Assembly (NCBI RefSeq): GCF_031769215.1
Contig: NW_026781894.1
Coordinates: 310,001 to 374,000, forward strand
Direction: 5' to 3'
Source: Ylistrum balloti
Taxonomy: Eukaryota
Length of the DNA stretch: 64,000 nucleotides
Made by a program: the position numbers and the translations under genes. Shown piece after piece: positions 1 through 11,434 of this stretch (position 1 is the stretch's first letter; every line of letters starts with the position of its first letter). The notes under the pieces are model-generated. The model saw only the letters and a program-made list of their open reading frames with translations, did no database searches and was not told where the DNA came from.

Positions 1-59
1 TGGGGAGATGCGTTTTAGAAACCACCGTTAAGTCAATTAAATACTGTTTAATATCAGGA

Positions 60-830
60 GTACCTTTCCACCTTTTCACCTTGATTCCTACCTTACAATC
101 TTTTTTTGATGCCCACTTTTGTTTCAGAAATTGACTGTTCATAGTTGAGATTGTATTTGCATATACAGGCTCTAATCATTAGAACATATTTTTATAGAAT
201 ATGGAAAAGTGGTATCAACTAATTAAGGAGGGTTTTGATATAAGAATGTGAAATGCTGTGTTACAGCTAAAGAATCGTTATCATATTTCTTAACTGTGAA
301 AACGGATTGTTCCATGGGAAATAATCTGACCGATTTCGCATTCTTTATACGTTAATGACAGTGAAATGCAAGCTTTGAATGACAAAAGCTCGTCTTTGAA
401 ATTGGAATGATAAATATATTTCTTTTTAAAGTATGTTGACGACATAGCTTTATTGTCAGAAACTCCAGAAAGATTCAAAATATGTTAGATTCCTTATCTA
501 AATACACACAGAAACGGAATGTAATAGTGAGTACTTCCAAAACAAAAATGGTTTGTTTTCGTATTTAACGGATGTATTTTGGAAATTCTTGATCAATTAT
601 TTAGATGTATTTCTTAATTATGATCGGAGATTCAGTAAAACTCAACAAAAAGTCGTTGAATAATGGAAAAAAATCAGTTTCCGATAGCTAAATTATGCAA
701 TAATATAGTTTTGACCCCGAAACATAATTTTACAGTTATTGACTCATTTCTATCTTGGCCAATTATGAAATGATTATAAAAAAGTGTGGTTCAAATTAGA
801 GGTGTTGCTATCAAATGATAATAAGAAAGG
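60..830 (+). mobile_element. Decayed non-LTR retrotransposon reverse-transcriptase fragment (RTE-X/L2-like), with frameshifts and stops
   Basis: Plus-strand fragments translate to NGLFHG (301-318, the RT 'G(L/V)xQG' region), LYVND and FLKYVDDIALLSETPE (YVDD at 432-443, equivalent to YADD), followed by an 'STSKTKMVCF'-like segment. Boundaries and clade are approximate. Confidence 0.6.
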
Positions 831-1297
831 CCATTTCTAAAAAACAAAACAATAAAAAACAAAAACAAAAACAAAACCACAAAAAAAAAAAAAAAAAAAA
901 ACAATAATAATAAATAAAAAAATAGGATAAGATTGGATGGACTGATATTAAATGTGTATATGGAGACCTTTACCTTCTTAATTAATGACGTTTTTTTCTG
1001 TTCTGTTGATATTTAATACAAGTACATAAACCTTTTATATTATTATTCATGTTAATGTGATGTATAGTTAAAGTGATATGATTAACCTCCGTATGTTAGT
1101 GTCACTCTCTACCTTGGGTGAAGGATTATTTGTGTGAATCAAATGCAATTTGTTGTTTGTGCACTGTAAATATGAACTAATACTGATGAGCCGCAGAGTC
1201 AAAGTAATAAAGAATTTCTTCATAACACATCAAGATTGTTCCAAATGGTGTTAAATGAAAATATAAAAAAAAAGAAATCAGCTGAAATATATCATAT

Positions 1298-1311
1298 TAA
1301 ATATCATACAA
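1298..1311. repeat. Left target-site duplication of the LINE (partner at 4367-4380)
   Basis: taaatatcatacaa is identical at both LINE ends. Confidence 0.9.
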
Positions 1312-4300
1312 TAGTCACTCCATGCACCTACGCAACCTATTAAGTACTTTCGATCTTTCACAGAGCATCGCCAGTCCAACCTTCTACACAGAATCCTCTT
1401 CCTCCCTCCTTGATATAGTATGTGCAAATGACCCATCTTTAATCAGTAGCTGTCATGTTGGTGATAGTTTTCTCGATCAGCCCTTGAGATATCACTGTCC
1501 TACTTTTGGTAGCATTAATATATCTAAACCTACCCAACCATGTTTCAAACGTAGTATTTGGCTATACGATCATGGTAATTACGACGACTATAGAGACAGA
1601 CTTTCTCGAATCGACTGGGACTCTATCATAGACGGTAGTGACATAGACCGAAGCACTGACCGACTTACTGACATTATACTTAATACAGTCAAATTATGTA
1701 TACCGTTCAACACTATAACTGTTCGAAATAACTCTCCTGCATGGTTATCTAATACTGTTAGGAAAATGATGCGTAAAAGGAAATACTTACATCATAAGGC
1801 TAAGCAATCTGGAAAAGTTGATGATTGGGCTAAATTTAGAAAAATTAGAAATCTTTGTGTTAATGCTATTCGCCAATTCAAATGTAATTACTTCAACAAA
1901 CTTTACAATAAATTAAATAACAGTACGAATACTAGTGCAAAGGATTGGTGGAAAATCGTTAATAGCTTCACGTCTAACTCTTCTAAAAAAAAAAGATGAT
2001 TCCTCCTCTTTCTGTAAATAATAAGATTTTAGACGATCTCGATAAAGCTAATGCTTTTAACACTTTCTTTTCTTCTCAATCTACTATCGACGATACTAAT
2101 ACCCACCCCTGACTTACCTCAATCTCTTCACAATCTCAATGACATAGTTATATCCCGACAAGACGTTCTTGACGCGATACACTCTCTTAACACTAGAAAG
2201 GCGGCTGGACCCGACATGATTAATCCTCGAATGATCAAGGAAGCCGCTGACATCCTAAGTTACCCGTTACAATTATTATTTAATTGCTCTCTCGTTTCTT
2301 GTACCTTTCCATTTTCGTGGAAAAAGGCCCATGTTACGCCAGTTTTCAAAAAAGAAGACCCCTCAATTATTAGTAACTATCGTCCGATTTCTCTGCTGTC
2401 TATTGTTGGCAAGCTGATGGAAAGATGTGTCTATAAACATGTCTATAACTTTCTCATAGATAAATCTCTTCTAACACCCTACCAATCCGGCTTTAGATCT
2501 GGCGATTCCACTATTAATCAACTTTTAACTATTACTCATGACATTTTTTCCAATCTTGACAAAGGTGTTGAAATAAGATTGGTATTCTGTGACATAAGCA
2601 AAGCATTTGACCGGGTCTGGCACCGAGGTCTTCTATCCAAATTAAAATCTTTTAGTTTAACTGGAAATCTCTTTACTTGGTTCACGAATTATTTGCATAA
2701 TCGTTGTCAATGTGTCGTAATCAATGGTAGACAATCCCATTTAACCAATATTTCAGCAGGTGTCCCCCAAGGATCGATTCTAGGTCCGTTACTTTTCTTA
2801 ATTTTTAGTAACGACATTGTTTGTAATATAAATAGCAATATTAAGTTGTTTGCTGACGATACATCTCTATATGTCATCGTAGAATCACCGCAAACGAGCG
2901 CTAACTTGTTAAATAATAACCTTAGTATAATCAATGAATGGTCTAACACTTGGCTTGTTAATTTTATCCCCTCTAAAACCGTAACAATGACAGTAAGTAA
3001 AAAAGCTAATAAACCGCTTCAACCCTCCTTATTTATGAATAATACTGCACTAACCGAAGTCACTTGTCACAAACATCTAGGTATCACTCTATCAGCTAAC
3101 GCAAATTGGACTGAACATTTACAACAAATCACTAGTAAAGCCTATACAAAACTCAGTTTCCTCAGGTCACTCAAATTTAGCATTGACAGAAAATCTCTTC
3201 AAACTTTGTACTGTTCTTATATTAGACCTTTATTAGAATATGGAGATATTATCTGGGACAATATAACATTAGGCCAAAGTAAACTTCTACAAAACATCCA
3301 GCTTGAGGCTGCTAGAATCATGACTGGAGCTACAAAACTCACCAATCATGACCTCTTATATTTAGAATCCGGCTTAGATACTCTCGTTAATAGAAGGAAA
3401 AAGACATAAAATTATCAAATTTCATCAGATTGTTCATGGTCAGTGCCCTCCCTACCTAACCAGCATGCTTCCAGAACGTCACTCTAACATCCACTCTTAT
3501 AACACAAGGAGAGCCGATTCTTTTTACTAACCTCCATGCCGAACTAATCTCTTTAAAGACTCTTTCTTACCTTCTTCTGTTGATCTATGGAATGCACTCC
3601 CCGATGCCATAAAACGTAATCCGTCTACTACTACTCTAAAAAGATACCTAAATGCTGATATAACAACTGTTCCTTACTATTATTACTTCTGTAAATCTAG
3701 ACACGGCCAGATTCACCATGCTCGACTTAGGATGCACTGTAGCTCACTAAACGCACACATATATTCTCGTAATCTTGTTAACAACTATCTATGTTCATGT
3801 AACCAGTCCGACGAAACTACTGAACACTTCCTCCTCCAGTGCCCTAACTACCATCATATCAGAATTCAATGCTTCAGTAACATACCCCTCGACATTAATG
3901 TTATTACCTTATTATATGGTAACCCTGACATGCCAGATCAGTAAAATGAAAATATTTTTGACTGTGTCCAAAACTTTATTAACCGTTCTAAACGTTTTAA
4001 TTAAGCTCTAGCGTATCTAGTGAGTTTGTGTATACTACGAAGTAATCTCAATTACAGTACTGACCTGGTCGTGGTATATTGTACTTTGTTGAGTGAACCA
4101 CAATCAAATATAGATCTATAGCAGTCCTAAACTCTTGCTTCGTCATCCTACAACGGTTTCCTCCTTTGAACCCATGAACCCTTTCTTTTCCCCTTCCCTG
4201 TACTTATGCACCTACTTAATTACATTATGTTGTCAGTGCTGTCCATTGCTCATGTAATTAGATACGGAGACAGATTAATATAAGTACATTGTACTTGTTT

Positions 4301-4366
4301 CTGAATCCAAAATGCATATTTGCTTTTGTACTGTACTCATTTCACAAAATAAAATACAGTTTAAAC
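1312..4366 (+). mobile_element. 5'-truncated CR1/L2-type LINE: ORF2 remnant (end of endonuclease region, RT, C-terminal Cys/His motif) plus 3'UTR
   Basis: ORFs 1322-1999 and 2051-3409 carry RT motifs KAAGPD, NYRPISLL, QSGFR, DISKAFDRVWH, GVPQGSILGPLLF, LFADD and HKHLG. The downstream frame gives CSCNQSDETTEHFLLQC. The element is flanked by an identical 14-bp direct repeat taaatatcatacaa at 1298-1311 and 4367-4380. Confidence 0.93.
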
Positions 4367-5699
4367 TAAATATCATACAAAAATATTCGATATAACGGAA
4401 ATTCTAAGAAAAACTTGCAAACTTGGAAACCAAAACTGTATCCCTAAAATCTCTTCGAACAATGTCTTTTATTTATTTCTTCTTAAATACAATTTTGAGG
4501 ACTTTCTTCTCTCTGTCGAAAATTTGGTTTATTTACAGTATCTAATTCTAAATTTACATTTAAGTTGCGACATGTATTCGTTTTATGTGTCTTTTGTATA
4601 TTTTATAATGTATAATCTAAAGATAATGATTAACTCCTGGCTGAAAATATGAAAAAACAAATATCCATGGTAGTCCAGATTGGTTAAAAAATATTATAAG
4701 TTTGTTTTCCGGAAGATATCCAAAAATTTAGGATCCTTCAAGGATGCTTGAAATTGAAGTATTCCAAGACATATGATCCCGCACAATCAAGTGTCCACAT
4801 GGCGCCCTGACAAACTCTTGCCTGAGGTATTTCTGACTTCCTCTAATGTCTAACTCACAATAGCCAATAGCACTGCGTACATATAAAATGGGCTTGAATT
4901 GAAGTGCCTGAGTAATATTACTTTCTAATCCTGTAACTGTAAGTGAACGGTTGTATAATAGCCGTGTGTTGTTTTTGTGTAAAACTTTAGTTAGAAAAAT
5001 AACCTCTGGTACCTTCACAAAAGATAGCTGTCACTAACTACTCAAATGCAATCAATTTATTTACATTTTTAACCCCCAAACTACAAAACCACATAAAAAA
5101 TCACTAGTTTATAACATCGACACCTATCTACCTTGTAAGTGAACTAAATATGCTACCCAGTGTTCCATGGCTGTTAATAACAGTTCAGCTTTTGTCAAGA
5201 TATTTTTCAATAAATGTTGTTCGTTGTCAGGTATAAGAGATCTGACAAGCTCAAAAATTTGTATATTATCCACTGCAAGTTTTGAGACACATTTGATGCT
5301 ATAGTGTACAACAATCAAACATCTAAATCAAAGTTATAAACTTTACCGACGCACAGTGTAAAAATTCTAAAGGACAGATGATCTTATTGTAAGTAATCAA
5401 AGATGGCTGTTCAGTTTCTTCTGCAAACTTGGCGACTCTTCCTTGATTAACCTGTTTCCCATTAGTTTTGTATTGTATTGTTTTCGACAACAAGAAAAGA
5501 ATTCACTACCGTGATTTTATTTATCATCCGTCATTCGAAATCAAGATCACTTACTAACTATATTACACACTTAACCCCTGGTGTTTTAAATATTTTGAAT
5601 GCGTCCCTGCTGCTTTCACATTAGTTGCCTTGTTCTGACAAGAGTTTTGCTGGTTTGTTGATAGATTCAGGGTCATGATAAACGGCTCGTTTCCCAAAC

Positions 5700-6205
5700 A
5701 CCAGGTGTAAAATGTGCCATCACAGAAGAATGTGTCAGATGCTGCAAGTTCGGCCAGGTTCTGTGATGTAGCGATTGCGATCATCCTGTTGTTCTGTTCA
5801 CCGTCGTCAAAGAGGAGAAATGCTTGCGGCGAGCACGGTAGAATGTTGTGTAGAATGTTGGCAGTCGCTGGACCACGGCCTTGGAAGTGTCATCCAAGTC
5901 GTTGTCTCGGAGTTGGTTGAGCTCCTTCTCAAAGATGGACGGAATGGGTTGGACAGATTCTACGCATTTATTGATGATCTGGTTCATGAACTGTTTGGCT
6001 ACAACACTGGCTGGGTCTGAGGTGTGGTTGTGTGGATTTCTTACAAAGTTAGCTGGTATGTTGTCTACTGTCGAGAGGGATGCTGAACATCTCCAGAATG
6101 TCCTGGTGCCGTTGCTTCGAATCTGTAGATGAATCCAATATGCGAAAGGTTCTGCCTGCCTCTTCTATTGGTGATGAACTTAACGTTGATCTGAGCGTTA
6201 GTCAT
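5700..6205 (-). mobile_element. Mutator-like (MULE) transposase remnant with N-terminal FLYWCH zinc finger; frameshifted and truncated
   Basis: Minus strand from ATG 6205 reads MTNAQINVKFITNRRGRQNLSHIGFIYR, then after a frameshift TFWRC...RNPHNH (FLYWCH), PIPSIFEKEL...LPTFY..YRARRK, then after a second frameshift MIAIATSQNLAELAASDTFFCDGTFY (first catalytic Asp of the MULE DDE). The sequence stops resembling a transposase after this. Confidence 0.8.
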
Positions 6206-7280
6206 CCTGTACTTGTATCAAACCACACAGATAATAATATCTCTCAAATTAAACACACTTTACACTACGCTGAAAAAAGTACAAGATTAACTTATATATG
6301 TGGCAAAGTAAAGTAATAAATCAGGCAATGAGAAAATGATGCTTCAAAGTGCAGATTGAAATATGATAATTTTCCAAAATGTACCGAGCCTTTACAGATT
6401 TCTCGTTGAACAGCTTGGGATTGGAACAGTTTTATATTAGATTCCTTTATTTTACAGTTATTAACTGTTTTCTGAAGAGTTATCAGACCTTGATTATCTG
6501 ATTTACCTGTACAAGTTACCTGTACAACAATTCTGCACCAGACTATAACTCAATATTATCACAACGGACCTCTTATGTAAACATGCTGTTGGTGTTAGGG
6601 AAGACCCCGTGTACATGTCCTATGTAAACATGTTGTCATAGGCAGAGTTGGTGTTCAGGGAAGACCCCTGATAAACATCGACCAGCTCAATGTTACATTT
6701 TCGTGCACGTTTTGATACTTTTAGCTGTTTTGACGACAGGTTTAGCCGGATACGCGGATAAAGTTACCACTTTTATGACCTATGCTGTCGTACCTCGGTA
6801 TTTTCTTGTTATCTTTACACACTCCATATAAAAAACAATTGTTCGGAAAGGCATCAATGTGTCCATAATCTAGTGTGAGATTTTATTGTATTAGTATTTG
6901 GGACTGTTGATTCCTTGTTTATAATGAGTACCACGTACCCCTCATTACCCTTTAAATTACTATTGGAAGTCATAGCTTGTTCAGTCACTGATGACATTTA
7001 GCTTCTTATTCTTGTATTTCTTGCATTCTTATGTATGATATCAATTGGTACCACTGCTTATCAAATGATATGTAGATCCAATTATTTCTGTCCTAGCATT
7101 ACTCTTACTTCATGTATTCAAATATTGCTTACATGCTTACATTAAGACTATGTAATTTATAACAACTAAATGGAATTTGAATGGATATCCATGACAAAAA
7201 TGTAAAAGAATGAAAAGAATATATACAAGATACGCTGTGTTAACAAAATATTTTATTTGTAGACAGAAATGATATAAACA

Positions 7281-10049
7281 TTATTTTCCGATGACGCCTT
7301 CAGTGTTTCCGCCTCCAAATCCGGCATTGCTCTCTGTCCTGAAATGATTGATACTCTTTTTAGCAATAGATATAATAGTTATAACGTTAACTTTATACAA
7401 TTACTAGAATTGAAGTTGTGTCATTTATTAATCCTTGACATTACTGGTTACATAAATCAAACAACAAAATAAGAGGGCATTTGGAAGACCTGCAACTGGC
7501 TTATAATGACGTGTCTATGATGTTTGAGGTGATGACGTGTCTATGATGTTTGAAGTAATGACGTGTCTATGATGTTTGAAGTAATGACGTGTCTATGATG
7601 TTTGAGGTCATGACCTGTTTATGATGTTTGAAGTAATGAAGTGTCTATGATGTTTGAGGTCATGACGTGTCTATGATGTTTGAAGTAATGAAGTGTCTAT
7701 GATGTTTGAGGTCATGACCTGTTTATGATGTTTGAAGTAATGAAGTGTCTATGATGTTTGAGGTCATGACGTGTCTATGATGTTTGAGGTCTTGACCTGT
7801 TTATGATGTTTGAGGTCATGACGTGTCTATGATGTTTGAAGTATTGACGTATTGACCTATCTATGATGTTTGAAGTATTGACCTGTCTATGATGTTTGAA
7901 GTATTGACGTGTCTTTGGTGTTTGAAGTAATTGCGTGTCTGTGATGTTTGAAGTATTGACCTGTCTATGATGTTTGAAGTACGTGTCTATGATGTTTAAG
8001 GTTATTCCGGTCTAGACCAATATCTCGTTGTCGAGGACATTTGATATTGACGCCGAGGTAATTACCGGGATTTACATCCCAAACTTAAACAACGAAAGCA
8101 TGAAATCCTTACTCTATTTCACAAAGGAAATTCTGTTTTCTTTCACACGAGTCATCATTCCATTTATATTGCTCATGGTGAAGAACGTCCATACAATCTT
8201 CACCACTTCTTCCTAAACTATTAGGCTCTCCTGGATACCATTTACTATAGCCCTGTGATTTGATGGGAGTCCCATCGTCCGCCCATAGCCATTCTCCCTC
8301 CACGAGTAAGTCTGTCCCATCAATCCACACGCCATCTGATGCTCCTGAAATTTCATTGTTTTCTTTTTAAAAATTACAGTCTCCGTAAACTGTTTGAATA
8401 AATTCTAACTTACACTAACTTGTCCTCAGAAACATGATATAATAATACACCTTCTGCAGTTTATTTATGATTTTTTTAAAGACAAGTCTGTTCCATGAAC
8501 GAAGTGTAATAATACAAAGTGTATATACGACGTGTCAAAAAATAAGAAAATATTGAAAATATAAGTGTAAAAATAGTGAAAGGTTGTTATTCAAGTGGTG
8601 GTATCAGTCACGGAAAAATACTTAAAGATAATAGCTTCATAATACAGCTTACTTCGTTATTCGGCTATGCTGTATCTAATCATACTTTTTATCAAAATAT
8701 GCGACTCTCTGTTGTGTCCTTTGTACAATTCTTCCAGGGCTTGGTAATTCCAATAAAGAAACAAGGAATTTTTATTTCATTAAAATTTTCCGTCAAAAGA
8801 TTGAAAAGATTGCTATTTCGGACGCTAAAACACCTTGTTTTGTTGGATTTGTGAATGAATTATTATCTCAAAATGGAAGAATGCTGTAAAACTATAATTT
8901 TGCAGGTGTGTTTAAATCAAGGCCATTATGAAATCTGGTATTCCTAATTGTTTCTATATTAACGACACACAGAAAGTGCCATTAAACCTATCATATTAAA
9001 GCCTTCTACCGTGGAACTTAAAATTTCACAGGTAAAATGTGACTATATCGTATATGATTATTTATTCCTAACAGGTAAATGCTTTTACCTGGGTGCCATT
9101 CCCTTCTCAGTAATCCTTCGATAAATGTCTGTTCTCGCTCCGTCTCGATAACAGCCAATTTACTTTCAAACAGTTCGCAGTAGGTCTGTAAAAACAGAGT
9201 TTACTATATGGCAACATCAGTGGAGACGCCGTGTGGACAAACGGTATACCAACACAAGCTTAAACTTTGCAATTTCAGTATATATATAGTGAGACGTGAG
9301 CATGTTTTAACCGGACAGGAAAATGTCTACCTTGTCATTTCTGTCTATATTTCAGATCATAACTTTGTTTATACTTGATCAATTACTTTCGTCAAACACT
9401 CATTAGAAAGATAAAACATTTTTCTTCAAAGGCAAGGTATATGTCAATACAATCTGCAGAATATAAAAAAATAAAATAAAATTCAAAAATATGTTTACTA
9501 TTTCCCTCTCTGGAGTTACACACCTTGTCAATGTAGTATATTGATATGGACCGTTTGTTGGGAATTCGTGCCAAATCCATGTGGACTTTACAATCCATTA
9601 CACCTTACAGATGACAAACATGTACATTTATAGATGAAAGGATGTAGCAATTAACTTCTTATAAAGTTTTAAGATATTCTTACCAATGATTCTGCCCAAG
9701 AGGCAAGAACGCTGTTGAAGAATTTGTAGCAGGAATCATCATGACGGACATAACCATTTGGACAATCGCCACGGGCTGAAGGTGAAAAAATACTGAAATA
9801 AATACACACATTTCAGGAAAACAACACACGCTACCATTCCATTAATAGTCATAAGATATCAATTGATCACAGGAGGTAGAGAAAATGCAAATACCACAAA
9901 CCTAAAGCGACAAACATAAACAGCAAACCAGCAAACATTCCGCTAGCCATTTTGTCTGTGAACTCTAACACTGCAGGGATCGAAAGTATTGTAATCTAAT
10001 GTCTTTGACCTAGAGACAGAAGTATGGTAGCCAGAACATGCCATACCAT
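7281..10049 (-). CDS. Perlucin-like secreted C-type lectin A, 172 aa, 5 exons: complement(join(7281..7338,8113..8344,9089..9185,9684..9775,10010..10049))
   Basis: Spliced frame MVWHVLATILLSLARG-DCPNGY..SCYKFF..SWAESLTYCELFESKLAVIETE..VWIDGTDLLVEGEWLW..WYPGEPNS..EDC..WNDDSCERKQNFLCE..GVIGK*. Signal peptide, six CTLD cysteines, EPN and WND motifs. GT-AG introns with phases 1,0,1,2; 519 nt total. AATAAA lies about 24 nt past the stop. Exon 1 has a weaker donor (gtcaaa). Confidence 0.9.
7506..8001. repeat. Minisatellite, 26-bp unit (atgacgtgtctatgatgtttga(a/g)gt(a/c/g)), about 19 copies, in lectin A intron 4
   Basis: Direct head-to-tail copies with few substitutions. Confidence 0.95.
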
Positions 10050-10240
10050 CTGTATTGAAAAAGGAAACAATATTTTAGATTTAATTTTCAGGTAGCTAAT
10101 ATATTATATTTTATTATATGTATAGTCTCTAAATCATGACATGATATTGCTTAGATTTTACTGAAAATTTTACAAGAACAATTTCACTAGTTCTTCTGAT
10201 CCCCATTTCGACTCATAATGTCATAATGTTTATATTTTTA

Positions 10241-10601
10241 TTTATCCTGCAACTGACAGTGTCATGGTCGGAATACACCTGCTACATTACTTTTAACAAT
10301 ATTTAACAGTGACGGAAAACAGCTGTATTTAGCACGTGCCGTAATTCGACAGAATTACTCTCAGAATTTACTTGAATATTACGTTTAGAAATCAAAATAG
10401 TTGTTTGAATAAGCCACCTTACATGTTGTATTGAACATGTCGATCTATGAAAAAATATAAGAAATCGCTGTTATGTCCGATGAAGTTTTGAACTGTATTT
10501 CCATGTGGAGCAATTACTTAGGCCTTTGTCATCAGATAAACACAGATTGAACAACGAAACTGTTTAAGTTTCAATAGTGTGATTTTTCAAGCAATGTTGC
10601 A
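10241..10601 (+). repeat. Dispersed repeat copy A (homologous to 13843-14229)
   Basis: Colinear blocks shared with copy B: tttatcctgc-actgaca, tcggaatacacctgc, cagtgacggaaa, tttagcacgtg-gtaattcgacaga, gtttagaaat, ctgtttaa-tttcaatagt. Confidence 0.85.
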
Positions 10602-11434
10602 TCACGTCGTCTTTCTTCACCCTCGCCAAAATACAGATGTTATTTTTAGTCACTGACCATTCTCTATATATTTCTGTAGTATTCTCTTTTGTTGTTATTG
10701 TTAAATATTTTCAGATGACATTTTGTGATGTTGTACAGTTTCAAGAACACTGTTTTTTCTATAAAAAGAATCTTTGATAGAAGTTTTTTTTTCAGATTTT
10801 AATATTGAAAAATACATTTTGAAAAAAATATTCTACTTAAATGAGAAATGCATTTGTGGGTGGAATGATTATTTACTGTGTCGTCAACAAATGCATTAAC
10901 ACACATGTACAAATTTACACAATGATTGTGCCTATCTGTTACCATATCGAACTGTTCGGTTTTAAACTTGAGATAAGAATTATCAAGACACTGCCTGGAC
11001 AAAACATCATCACATCATGTACGTTTCCGGACTGACAGTTTTGTTGGTGTTTAGTTTTGGACAAGGTATGTAACTTATATACCCTATTAAATAACGAGTC
11101 AAACTACCTACTACACAACAAAAAGTTTTTGTCATCAAAGTTTTTTTCACCAGCGAGATAAAAAAAGGCTCACAACATGACAGTATGATTTTGAAACAGG
11201 AGGTCATCGTAAAAGAAAATGGAAACTTACAGTATCAAAATTGTAATTTTTTTTGTTTTGTTTTTTTGAGAGTGTTAATTAATATTAATATTTTTACGTC
11301 GTGTGAACGAATTGTACAGACAAGACGTATGTAAAAGACAGCTATTGGTAATCTGAACGAAAATAAAAACACTAATAAAGTCGTATGGACGAGAAAACAG
11401 GCGGATGTACTGTTATCTCAATCAGACAACCTTT

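Noticed and set aside
290-478. Minus-strand ORFs 290..478 and 2707..2949, and plus-strand ORFs 5714..6316, 8028..8216, 19327..19518 and 27615..27815
   Set aside because: These are antisense shadows of LINE, MULE, lectin or P450 coding sequence.
1183-1205. Hammerhead ribozyme cores (ctgatga at 1183; ctgatga..gaaac at 19577)
   Set aside because: The first lacks GAAA, and neither has pairable stems I and III.
7506-8001. Regular short repeats here and at 21176, 23753, 26395 and 58848 as CRISPR arrays
   Set aside because: Units are head-to-tail with no unique spacers, there are no cas genes, and the context is eukaryotic and intronic.
9767-9775. RGD tripeptide (ARGDC) at the start of lectin A
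   Set aside because: It straddles the likely signal-peptide cleavage site (paralog B has VTA-DC at the same place), so it is probably absent from the mature protein.
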